Source: a virus
Strand: one strand, 5' to 3'
Length of the DNA stretch: 35,580 nucleotides
Virus genome (UHGV): UHGV-2170436
In this document: positions 9,498-18,500 of the stretch, piece by piece
Position numbering within the stretch: the first letter of the stretch is position 1
Layout: each line of letters opens with the position of its first letter
Notes under the pieces: generated by a model
Database searches by the model: none
Told to the model about the DNA's origin: nothing
What the model saw: the letters and a program-made list of their open reading frames with translations, nothing else
Translations under genes and position numbers: made by a program

Positions 9498-9916
9498 TAT
9501 TCACCCCCGAATCTATAAACTTGTTCATAGTCAATGTCTGAAACAGGAATGGTCATCCAGATACCATCTTCTTCAACGAGGCCATAACCGGAATAATGAG
9601 GAACTACGGAATAATAATTACGGTTTCCTAATTTGTGGGCTGTGACCAGTAAGTCGCCGTCCTGTAAATCATCAGTGACTAATTTGAAATGTTTCTTTAT
9701 TGGTTGAAGGATGTTTGAATATCCGCTTAATTCTTTGCAGATTTTCAAGCCTTCTTCTTTAGTTGAATATTTTTTATAAAGAGAATTATATAGGTCAGTA
9801 CCAGCGAGAATATCGATGATCTTACATGCAATGAGATTGCAATCATTCTCGCCTTGAACGAACTCCTGACCTATTAAAGAATTGATGTAATCGGTGATAA
9901 GCCTAGTTTTTAGCAT
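9497..9916 (-). CDS. minor tail protein, NlpC/P60-like (lambda K-like)
   Basis: Cys motif ENDCNLIAC and downstream His; start set at ATG 9916 with GGAGG RBS rather than ORF-track 10072; stop overlaps J-like start as TAATG. Confidence 0.5.
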   Translation of the reverse strand: MLKTRLITDYINSLIGQEFVQGENDCNLIACKIIDILAGTDLYNSLYKKYSTKEEGLKICKELSGYSNILQPIKKHFKLVTDDLQDGDLLVTAHKLGNRNYYSVVPHYSGYGLVEEDGIWMTIPVSDIDYEQVYRFGGE

Positions 9917-9962
9917 GTTGAATACCTCCATGCTGTTATTTACTAGGCTTAGGGAGAAGGGA

Positions 9963-10616
9963 TTATTTCTTAGAGCTAAACCACTTCGACTCGCTTTGCC
10001 ACTTCCCGGCACGAGAGAAGAATAGATCGTTCTCGTTTCCAACATAGGATCGGTGGATACCATCGGAGGCATGACTACGAGCGTTTTTATCTAGAACTTC
10101 CCAGATACTATTAAGCTGAAATTCTGATTCGTTTTTACACTCATCATCTTCATGTTCGATGTTAATACCGATGGAATCGACTACCCCACGGAAAACAGGG
10201 TAAGTAGTTTCAACCTTGCCCGTGTTGGGGTTAAGGAAAACCATCTCGATTTTCACATCAGATTTATCGAATTGCTTGTTTCGAATCAGGCTAATGTATT
10301 CTTCGCGAACGTTAGAAACAGTTACGTTGATCCCGTTGTTGTTGATCTCCTTCTCTTCGGTATTCGATGAGATTTGAAGAAAATCACCCGTTGCGAGATA
10401 TGTAAAACCGTTATAGTCCAAATCGAAATACCCATCTGTAAGCCGTAGAACGTCCCCTGACGCTGTTATCACTTCGATAATGTGAAACATCGAGCCAGTA
10501 GAGAAAAGCTGCGGTAGAGTCAATCTAGACACATTCTGACCTGTCTGGTCGTTGTATACCTCGATGAAGTCCAGATTAGTGCATAGTTTGCTGAATGATT
10601 CCTGAATAGTTGCCAT
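9963..10616 (-). CDS. minor tail protein (lambda L-like)
   Basis: Synteny between M-like and K-like genes; start set at ATG 10616 (MATIQ...), overlapping the upstream stop as TAATG. Confidence 0.45.
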   Translation of the reverse strand: MATIQESFSKLCTNLDFIEVYNDQTGQNVSRLTLPQLFSTGSMFHIIEVITASGDVLRLTDGYFDLDYNGFTYLATGDFLQISSNTEEKEINNNGINVTVSNVREEYISLIRNKQFDKSDVKIEMVFLNPNTGKVETTYPVFRGVVDSIGINIEHEDDECKNESEFQLNSIWEVLDKNARSHASDGIHRSYVGNENDLFFSRAGKWQSESKWFSSKK

Positions 10617-11176
10617 TATACATTCTCCACTAATTCGAATTTCATCTTGCCAATCTGGGCGATCTTCCAATCGATATTTTCCGTTTTGAGAACAAATTCA
10701 CCTTCTACGTTCTGATACTTGATCACCTCACCAGCCAGGACGTTCTGACGCAAATTAGGGAAGAGTTTCATTTCGCCACCTGATTTCACATCTTCGGTGA
10801 TCGTGTAGATTTTCTTGTGGTTCTCAAACTGGATGATAGTTCCCGCTTTCAGTGTTCCGGTGAAGTTGGAGATTCTCACCTTACGCCCACCGCGAGCAGT
10901 ACCAGCAGCAGCCGTAACCATCTGGCGTACATCACCTGTATATTTTGAAAAGTAAGACAGTGGCACACTAAAAGGACGACCAAAAAGGTGACGTGCTACA
11001 AATTCTTTTACTTCGTTAATATCCTGAGCCATGTAATTCGCGGTAAATTCTGCTTCGTAAAAATGAATGCCAGTAAAGCGACGTTGAAATTTACCGGAGA
11101 TAGATTGCGCCTTGAAGAAAGGCTGTTTTGATTTAAGAGTAAAATCTGTGATTTTAATATTCTTGGATTTGAACAT
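10616..11176 (-). CDS. minor tail protein (lambda M-like / distal tail)
   Basis: First gene after tape measure; weak pattern similarity to gpM-type proteins. Confidence 0.45.
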   Translation of the reverse strand: MFKSKNIKITDFTLKSKQPFFKAQSISGKFQRRFTGIHFYEAEFTANYMAQDINEVKEFVARHLFGRPFSVPLSYFSKYTGDVRQMVTAAAGTARGGRKVRISNFTGTLKAGTIIQFENHKKIYTITEDVKSGGEMKLFPNLRQNVLAGEVIKYQNVEGEFVLKTENIDWKIAQIGKMKFELVENV

Positions 11177-11182
11177 AGAAAA

Positions 11183-11220
11183 GCCCCCATAGTTTTATGA
11201 TTATTTATGACTATGGGGGC
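11183..11220 (-). terminator. Perfect 10-bp stem hairpin between tape measure and M-like gene (attenuator/terminator candidate)
   Basis: gcccccatag / ctatgggggc with 18-nt loop; on the minus strand followed by TTTTCT and the ATG at 11176. Confidence 0.5.
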
Positions 11221-11226
11221 TTTTAA

Positions 11227-13656
11227 TTACATCTTACGGCGTTGTGCGTCTTCTACCGCCTGAGCAACTAACTTAGCGTGACGTTTGATAGCATCCATGA
11301 CCATCTTGTCTGAGCTATTAACGTTGCCGTTAATGTTCAAAGGTGCGTTAACTTCAATCGGCTGAGAGTTGCCACCGCCTGATTTTTGAGCAGCAAGGAA
11401 GTCTTTCAAATCACCGTTAGTACGCTGATCAACTACTCGTTCACCCTTATCAAGCAACCATGTACCCTCACGAGGGATATTATCGATACCATCATGAGCC
11501 ATACCGCTAACGTTAGTAGACTTGATGTTTGCGATGTTCCCCATGTTCTGAGAAACAGCCAATGCAGCAGCAGCGATTTTTTGACCTGTGGTTACGTTGG
11601 TCGGATCGTTCCATGCATCGGTAGCAGCCGTCCACATGTTCACCGTCGCTTGTCCGATAGAGAATGCTTTATGAGCATTGAAAGCCATCTGCATAGCTTT
11701 AGTGTTTTCCTGCCCGAAGAGAGTCATTGCAGCAGCAAAACCGCCGTACATATCATCGGCTATTGACTGGCGAGCATCAGCATATTTCTTCTCAATTGCA
11801 GCCATTCGTTTTTGATGGTTTTCATTGAGTTTTTCTAATTCTTCCATCCGTTTAGCCGGATCGGTGATCCCATCAATCTTGAGTTTATCGGTTTTATAAT
11901 CTTGTTCGGCTTCCGATTTCTCTTTATCGATTGCATTAAATTTAGCAAACGGATTATTTGAGTCCTGATAGTCTAAGCTATTGGTCAACTGATTGGTTTT
12001 AAAACCATCCATTCCATGCAAAGAATCTTCAATCTGCGAATAACTTTGTTCGGTATCATTCACACGACGCATATATTCTTCGTAGGAGATAGCCTTACCA
12101 TCAAGTAACCGTTTATGGCTTTCTAACTCATTATCCCTGATTTGTTGCAATTGTGTTAAAGCATTCAGAGCATCAACCGGATCAGCACCTAAAATCATCT
12201 TGTATACGTTTTCAGTATTCTGATCGATTAAGGATTGGCGTTTCGCGGCTGCGTCTTGCTGAGAGATTAAGCCCAGATCTAAAGCAGTATCCAAATCTTT
12301 CAAGCTGGCTTCTAACTGCTTGTTTTGAGAAGCAATAGACGCTGCAACTTGCCCTTGCAATTTAACATCAAGTGCATTCAGACGCTTGATTGCATCCTCA
12401 CGTTCTTTCTGTGCTTTTTCTGCGGCTTCCTTAGCCTTTTTAGCTGCCTCTTCCGCTTTCTTGCGTGCTTCTTCCTCGGCTTTCTTCTCGTTGCCAGATT
12501 TACCCAATGATTCTGGTCTTACTGGTTTATTTGGTAGAGTTAAATCAGTGTTAGGATCTGCCTTGCGTGTCAGATGTTCACCAGCATCTACGACAATCAG
12601 AGCACCATTTTTCTTATAAGACCCACCAAAACGTTTCTTAAATCCTTCTACATCAAAGCCAGCAGTACGAGGATCGACACCAGCACCACGGATCGCGGCC
12701 TTTTCCCAATCTGCTAGATTATTCCAACGCTTTTCTTTATTGTACTTGTCAATAATCTTTTGAGCGTCTTTATGGTTGGTGTTAAGAATACCACCAGTTG
12801 CGGTCTTACCTTCTTTATTCAGACGGTCTAATGCCCTGAATAGAGAACTCTTTTCCCAATCAATATTAAACCATTCAAATAACCAGTTTAAGCTATCAAC
12901 CAAAGGACCAGTAATGGTCATGGCTGCGCCTTTCAGGTTATTTTCCAGCTTATTAATATTCTGAGAAAATTTATCATATTTTTTAGCGTTTTCTTCGGTG
13001 ACGTTAACAGATTGATTCTGAATAGCGATCATCGCCTCTTGAGCACTATTATATTTCTCAAGCTGGCTGGTCATATGGCTTGAATCACTGGCTAAAGATT
13101 CCATCATGAACTTGATTTCAGCCATTGATTTTCCGGCTTTCTTCATGTCATAGAACACTTGGATCGCCGCTTTCATACCACCTTGCGGATCTGTCATGAA
13201 GTGAGCATAGTTTTCTAACTTAAGACCAACCGATTCTAAGTCATCAGCAATACCACCACCGTTAGCCCATGCATCACCCATCTTATCTAAGGTGTCTTTG
13301 TTGATATCACCGAATTTTTCAACTGTTAGGCCAGTACCAGAAAATTCCTTTTCCAGTCTTTGAAGGGATTCAATCGAGAGTCCGGTCGCCTTAGATACTT
13401 CTGAATATTGTTTAACGTATTCCGCGCCAGCTTTAGCGGCTGCAACCACTGCGGTCGCAACTAAGCCGATACCACCAGCAGCCAAACCAGCAGAGCCAGC
13501 GATCCCACGAAGAGATCCAGTCAGACCAGATAAGCCACCACCAAAATCAATATTACTTGCCTTTTCAGACAAACTATCGAGAAGGTCGGCGGCTTCATTG
13601 GTACTTCTCCTTAGACCTTTATTATCCCCTTCTATTGTTACTATATGTTTTGTCAT
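11227..13656 (-). CDS. tail tape measure protein
   Basis: 809 aa, Gly/Ala-rich N-terminus, long coiled-coil central region with Lys/Glu repeats, located after the chaperone pair. Confidence 0.85.
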   Translation of the reverse strand: MTKHIVTIEGDNKGLRRSTNEAADLLDSLSEKASNIDFGGGLSGLTGSLRGIAGSAGLAAGGIGLVATAVVAAAKAGAEYVKQYSEVSKATGLSIESLQRLEKEFSGTGLTVEKFGDINKDTLDKMGDAWANGGGIADDLESVGLKLENYAHFMTDPQGGMKAAIQVFYDMKKAGKSMAEIKFMMESLASDSSHMTSQLEKYNSAQEAMIAIQNQSVNVTEENAKKYDKFSQNINKLENNLKGAAMTITGPLVDSLNWLFEWFNIDWEKSSLFRALDRLNKEGKTATGGILNTNHKDAQKIIDKYNKEKRWNNLADWEKAAIRGAGVDPRTAGFDVEGFKKRFGGSYKKNGALIVVDAGEHLTRKADPNTDLTLPNKPVRPESLGKSGNEKKAEEEARKKAEEAAKKAKEAAEKAQKEREDAIKRLNALDVKLQGQVAASIASQNKQLEASLKDLDTALDLGLISQQDAAAKRQSLIDQNTENVYKMILGADPVDALNALTQLQQIRDNELESHKRLLDGKAISYEEYMRRVNDTEQSYSQIEDSLHGMDGFKTNQLTNSLDYQDSNNPFAKFNAIDKEKSEAEQDYKTDKLKIDGITDPAKRMEELEKLNENHQKRMAAIEKKYADARQSIADDMYGGFAAAMTLFGQENTKAMQMAFNAHKAFSIGQATVNMWTAATDAWNDPTNVTTGQKIAAAALAVSQNMGNIANIKSTNVSGMAHDGIDNIPREGTWLLDKGERVVDQRTNGDLKDFLAAQKSGGGNSQPIEVNAPLNINGNVNSSDKMVMDAIKRHAKLVAQAVEDAQRRKM

Positions 13657-13667
13657 AAATTACCCCT

Positions 13668-14054
13668 TTAACCGCTTCTGAGTTTCTCAAGCAAAGATGG
13701 ATCAAACATGTTCAGCATTGCCGCTTTACGTTCTTCTTCTTTCTTGCGTGCAATTTCTTCCAGTTCTTCTTTAGTTTTAAAGAGTTTTTCTTCTCTAATT
13801 AATTGGAATTGGCTAGGCTTGAGTTTGCGTGCAGTTTCGCGTGTCATTCCTTGCGACGTCATATACATGGAATATTGCAACATCGCATTCTGCATATCAT
13901 GAAACGCGGGGCTTTGTGGTTCTAAGTAGGTGTCGAAAATGTATAATTTCCAAAACAGAGTGATTGGCATATTATCCATTTCATCTTTACTAAGCCCCGA
14001 TCGCATCATTTGCCGAAAATAGAAATTCAGAAGCGGGTTTACTTTACCTCGTTT
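13668..14054 (-). CDS. tail assembly chaperone extension (gpT-like, putative -1 frameshift product with the upstream gene)
   Basis: Reading frame open from 14054 to 13668, in the -1 frame relative to 14039..14347 and overlapping it by 13 nt; no RBS before the internal ATG at 14009. Confidence 0.45.
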   Translation of the reverse strand, partial: KRGKVNPLLNFYFRQMMRSGLSKDEMDNMPITLFWKLYIFDTYLEPQSPAFHDMQNAMLQYSMYMTSQGMTRETARKLKPSQFQLIREEKLFKTKEELEEIARKKEEERKAAMLNMFDPSLLEKLRSG

Positions 14055-14347
14055 TCAATTACTGTCGGATCTTGCATCAATGACGCTTGAGCAACCAAAC
14101 CGATTAATTCACTGCGGACGTTAGTATACAGTGCCTTAACTTGTTCCATAGATTCAAATACTGGTTTACCGTCTTCATCTTCAATACAACGAAGAATAGA
14201 ACGTTCATCACGGTCATCTTTATCGGTATTGAAAACATGTTCGTTAAATTCTTTTACTGACATAGGGCGAGCATAGAAAGTGAATCCACCGATGGTCAGA
14301 GATTCGCGTTTCGGAGAAAGAGCTTTCAGCATTTCATTAATATTCAT
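14039..14347 (-). CDS. tail assembly chaperone (gpG-like)
   Basis: Small acidic protein immediately upstream of the tape measure, with an overlapping -1 frame ORF. Confidence 0.55.
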   Translation of the reverse strand: MNINEMLKALSPKRESLTIGGFTFYARPMSVKEFNEHVFNTDKDDRDERSILRCIEDEDGKPVFESMEQVKALYTNVRSELIGLVAQASLMQDPTVIENEVK

Positions 14348-14389
14348 TCTTGTTTCCTCTTAAGTTAATTCGATATGTTTATTTAGAAT

Positions 14390-14896
14390 TTAAGAGATTT
14401 TCAAAGTCTGCTTAGTGCCAGTCTTCTTAATGTTATTGAGGAAAGCTGCCGGAGGATTGCTTAACCAGTAGTAATGAAAACCACTTTGCATACTGTTATA
14501 AGGAACAGTGACAGCAGCACCACCCAAATTAACGGTTATATTCCCCGCTCTACCGTTCTGGAGATATACAGCCATAGTAGGAGTACCGCCATTGAATTGA
14601 CCAACGATAACGCCAATTAGACGGCCTACGCCCACGTTTTCGGGGTTCTCCATAGATCCTTTGCTTTGCATACCGGAAACAGGATAGTTTGAAGCAGTTA
14701 CACCCCAGTTATTACCCAATGAAGTAGACCACGATGCAGTAGCTACAACCGTATCCATACCACGACCAGCCATTGCCGACATATTACGCGGAGCCGGAAC
14801 TTTTAAAGCTGTTAATGCTTCTTTCATCCATCGCTTACCCGTCACCGATACAGCAGATGATCCGACCCAGCCGGGCTTATTAACGACATTTGCCAT
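14390..14896 (-). CDS. hypothetical tail-region protein
   Basis: ATG at 14896 with GGAG RBS; Gly/Ser/Thr-rich, no recognisable motif. Confidence 0.4.
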   Translation of the reverse strand: MANVVNKPGWVGSSAVSVTGKRWMKEALTALKVPAPRNMSAMAGRGMDTVVATASWSTSLGNNWGVTASNYPVSGMQSKGSMENPENVGVGRLIGVIVGQFNGGTPTMAVYLQNGRAGNITVNLGGAAVTVPYNSMQSGFHYYWLSNPPAAFLNNIKKTGTKQTLKIS

Positions 14897-14911
14897 TTTG
14901 ATTACTCCAAT

Positions 14912-14940
14912 AAAAAAGCCCCACCATTAAGGCAGGGCTT
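14912..14940 (-). terminator. Rho-independent terminator after extended major tail protein ORF
   Basis: Minus-strand RNA AGCCCUGCC-UUAAU-GGUGGGGCU (9 bp incl. two G-U pairs) followed by UUUUUU. Confidence 0.6.
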
Positions 14941-14944
14941 AAAA

Positions 14945-15070
14945 TTAATTCTTAGCCTTGCGGCCTCGTTTTGCTGTGGCTTTCGCCGTAACTTCTTCTA
15001 CTTCTGGAATCACCACCGCTTCATGTTCCGGTAGTGGTTCCGGTTCTATTAAAGGAAGTTCTTCGTTAGT
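14945..15070 (-). other. In-frame post-TGA extension of the major tail protein gene (41 codons; putative readthrough domain)
   Basis: Translates in the same frame as 15071..15541 as TNEELPLIEPEPLPEHEAVVIPEVEEVTAKATAKRGRKAKN, ending at TAA 14945-14947. Confidence 0.5.
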
Positions 15071-15541
15071 TCATCCGGCAGTGAAGATTTCCTGTTTGAT
15101 CGGCTTTCCGTCCACCGCGAAGGTAAACTCTTTGGTTACAACTTCTTCATCGCCACCGTTCATAGCAACTTTAGAAATAAAGCCGTTGAAAGCGGTGCGA
15201 ATACCAGTCTGTTTTGCTGCATCAACATAGTATTCAATCTTAATCTGAATTCGAGTACCGTCTTCGGCAGCTTTAATGAGCTTCTCGTGCACCGCATCGC
15301 CTGGGATGTAGTTAACGGTCAGAGTCAGATCAGGAACGTTCAGTTTCCCTACCAGCTTACGGTTATACTGAGAAGAGAAGGATTTAACTTCTACAGTACC
15401 GCGCTCGATACCAGTTTCAGGAAAACCAGCACACTCTTTAATTTCTTCGTAACCGGAGTGATCGAGAGCGGTGTTAGTGGTATCAGCGTGATAGAACAGA
15501 CTTACCAGACCACCAGTAAAAATATCATTAAATTGAGACAT
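15071..15541 (-). CDS. major tail (tube) protein candidate
   Basis: Position upstream of chaperone pair and tape measure; AAGGGG RBS; ends ...EIFTAG-TGA. Confidence 0.55.
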   Translation of the reverse strand: MSQFNDIFTGGLVSLFYHADTTNTALDHSGYEEIKECAGFPETGIERGTVEVKSFSSQYNRKLVGKLNVPDLTLTVNYIPGDAVHEKLIKAAEDGTRIQIKIEYYVDAAKQTGIRTAFNGFISKVAMNGGDEEVVTKEFTFAVDGKPIKQEIFTAG

Positions 15542-15597
15542 AGAATTACCCCTTAATTAAAATTGTTATTACGGGGGAACTAGTCCCCCGACTTTTA

Positions 15598-18500
15598 TTA
15601 TTTAGTTGCTTTGAGTTCGGCAATCTCTTTAGTCAATGCTTCAATCTTAGCTTGATATTTGGCGTCCATTTCCTGAATAGCTTTAATAATCAAGGCATTA
15701 ACAGCAGAGTTAGAAATAGTCTTAATTGCTTCCGGTTGTTCTGGATCTTCGGTGGATTGAATACCTACTGCTTCCGGCAACACTTCTTCCAGATCCTGAG
15801 CAATAATACCTACTTCGCGTTTAATCACTGTGTCATCTGAAAGAGATTTAACTTTATCGTAGGTGTAGACTTTCAGGGAGTTTACTTTCTCTAATGCGCC
15901 GTCCTGTAATTCTTCCTTGTTAATCTTCAAACGGGAGTCAGAGCGAATGTAAACATCGTTAAAGCTACCGTTACGACCTGCGGTAAAGTCACCATCCATA
16001 GTAAATTCCCAGCGTGCTTGCTGCCCGTTGGCGTTATCGCCACGCATACGGATAATACCAGTACGCCAACCGTGAGTCGAACCGCTACCCGTCCAACCAA
16101 ACTCGAAGGACTGACGATAACCAACATCACCTAAGTTACTATAGCCAGCGATAATAGGGAAATATGCACCAGACCCCTTAATACTATCCATGTTAACCAA
16201 GAATGGAGCACGGTCACGAGTTACATCAGAGATATCGGAATAACCTAAACCATTTTTGTTAGCAACAACAACACGACGGTTAAAGGTAATGCCGCCAGAT
16301 GTGTGACGAACAACATTAACGTTATTAGCGTAGGTATCAAGGACACCATCACCGTTTTGTTTAAATCCAGTATCACTATCGCCTAAAACAATAGAATTTC
16401 CACCCAATCCGTTAGCAACACCAACACCAAAACCGCTATTAAACTTAGGAATGGTTGCATCCTGACTAATAGACAGTTGGGGAGCGTTAATTTTACCGTT
16501 TACGCTAAACTCGATTGCGGTAGTACCAGGACCGCCAGCACGCTGTGTGTAGAAATGCCAGCCGCTTTCATCTGCGCATTCTAATACTTGTTTACGAGTA
16601 TCATTACCCCATGCACGAATATTGAAGCTAGATTGTCCGGTATTCTTACCCCATCTCATTTGACCAGCAACTTCAAGATCACCTAAGAAATATGCCTTTA
16701 GTCCACCTGTAGCCATATTACGTTCGGTGCTGAAATGGCGACCTTTGCTGTCTTCGAGGTATAAAACGTTATCACGGGCGTTGTTGCTATCGCCCCAATG
16801 ATTAAATCGAATATAATCACGCGATCCAGAACGCCCAGCGTCGAAAGTCAAAAAACCTTTCTTAATGTAAACGTCATTACTAAAACGAGCGGCACGGCTT
16901 GCACGTTCTAACGTTAATGCATCTTCGTTACCATCACCGCCTAATTGAACGTTACCGGAAGTCAGATCATAAATGAATGGTCGATAAGTATTCCAACCAC
17001 CAAACTTATCGTTTTCAGCCGTTGACAGAAGATAAACTTTTGCGGAGTCATTGCGCCAAAATGCACCATAATTGCCGTAAATCATACGGAATGCATTTGA
17101 GTTAGCAGCTACATACTCGCCGTTTGTATATACAATTTTAGTTGCACCAGTGGTAATAGAGCATTGACCGTTAGCTTCTAGCTGAAATGAGTTTTTCCCC
17201 TGATCGCTATACCATTGGAAGTTATTTGTTTCAGCACTACCAAAACCAATCCAACCTTGACGAGCATTAGCACCATTGCGGCGGTCTTGCCATTCAATAT
17301 AGTTTGATTGATTACTAGGACGCTCTAATCTAAGAACGTTTTGTCCGGCATCAAATACACCTTTACCAGTAAACATGGTGCGACCAGTGATTCGTAGAAC
17401 TTCGCTAGAATCGGTAGTACCAGTCGCTAAACGATAAACGTTACCTTGAACAGTTTCATGCCAGATTGTTTCTGCGGCTTTACTACGGAATTTACGAAGA
17501 TATTTTTTACCAGTACCTGAATCGTTATTCAAACTGACAATATCATATGTACCCTGTCCGTTATTATCAAACATCAACGTTCCGGCCTTGTTTTCGGTGT
17601 TGAACATTGTAATAACACGTCCATCTGTAACACCAGTAGACGGCTTAACGTTAGTCATAGCTGGGGTGTCATGAACAGTCAGTGAAACACCGCTAGTCTT
17701 ACCATATTCGACAATAACGTTATCAGTATAACGACCGTAGTTAACGTAAATGTCGTAGTTATCACCGGAAGTATTAACCGCAAATACTTGATGAACGTTC
17801 AAAGAGTTTCGACGATAAGCAGCAATACTAACGCCTTTCGGGTTATTGTTACCGGAACGGATAACAATTTCAAGGAAATCAACCTGATCATAGGAGTTAA
17901 CGTTATAACCATTACCACCGAAGATACGAAGCATTACCATACGACCATTTTGTGGGATCGTAGCCGTAGCAATCTTGAAATAAGCACGGGATTCACTACC
18001 AGAAGGAACAGACATTGTGACATTTTTAATAAACATCTTATCAATTTCGCCTTTGGTATATGCGCCAATTTCAGCAGGAGTCGGTTTATCCCCTTCGTGA
18101 TACATTTTATAGCTAAACGCTTTTTGTCCCTGAGCATCAAAACCATAGGTTTCAACACGAGATCCGCCAGACGCATAACGGAAAGTAAATCCTCGACCAT
18201 GCGCTTTACCGGAAGAGTGAGGAACGTTAAGGGTTAGATCCATGAGTCCATCTTGACCATTGGTACGGAATGCACCGAAGTAATTAAGATCTCTCGCGGT
18301 TGAATCTTCCAGATAGTTACCAGTCTTGCTATACAAATACGCGCCGTGATAGGTCTTTGTGTTCTTCTTGATATATGCTGCGTTAGCACTACCTTCAATA
18401 CCATCAATTCGCTTGTTGGCGGCTGTAATTGCGGCATCGGTCGATGATTTGTTCTGGTCTACCTTGTTGTTAATAGCGGTATGGTTACTATTCACAGTGC

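Noticed and set aside
13668-14009. Independent gene starting at ATG 14009 as in the ORF track
   Set aside because: No Shine-Dalgarno sequence before the ATG and the frame is open upstream into the chaperone gene; a frameshift fusion is more plausible, though unproven.
14945-15070. Extensions as independent small genes
   Set aside because: The capsid extension has no in-frame ATG/GTG/TTG at all. The tail extension has only an internal GTG without a convincing RBS, which would make a 23-aa peptide. Readthrough fits both better.
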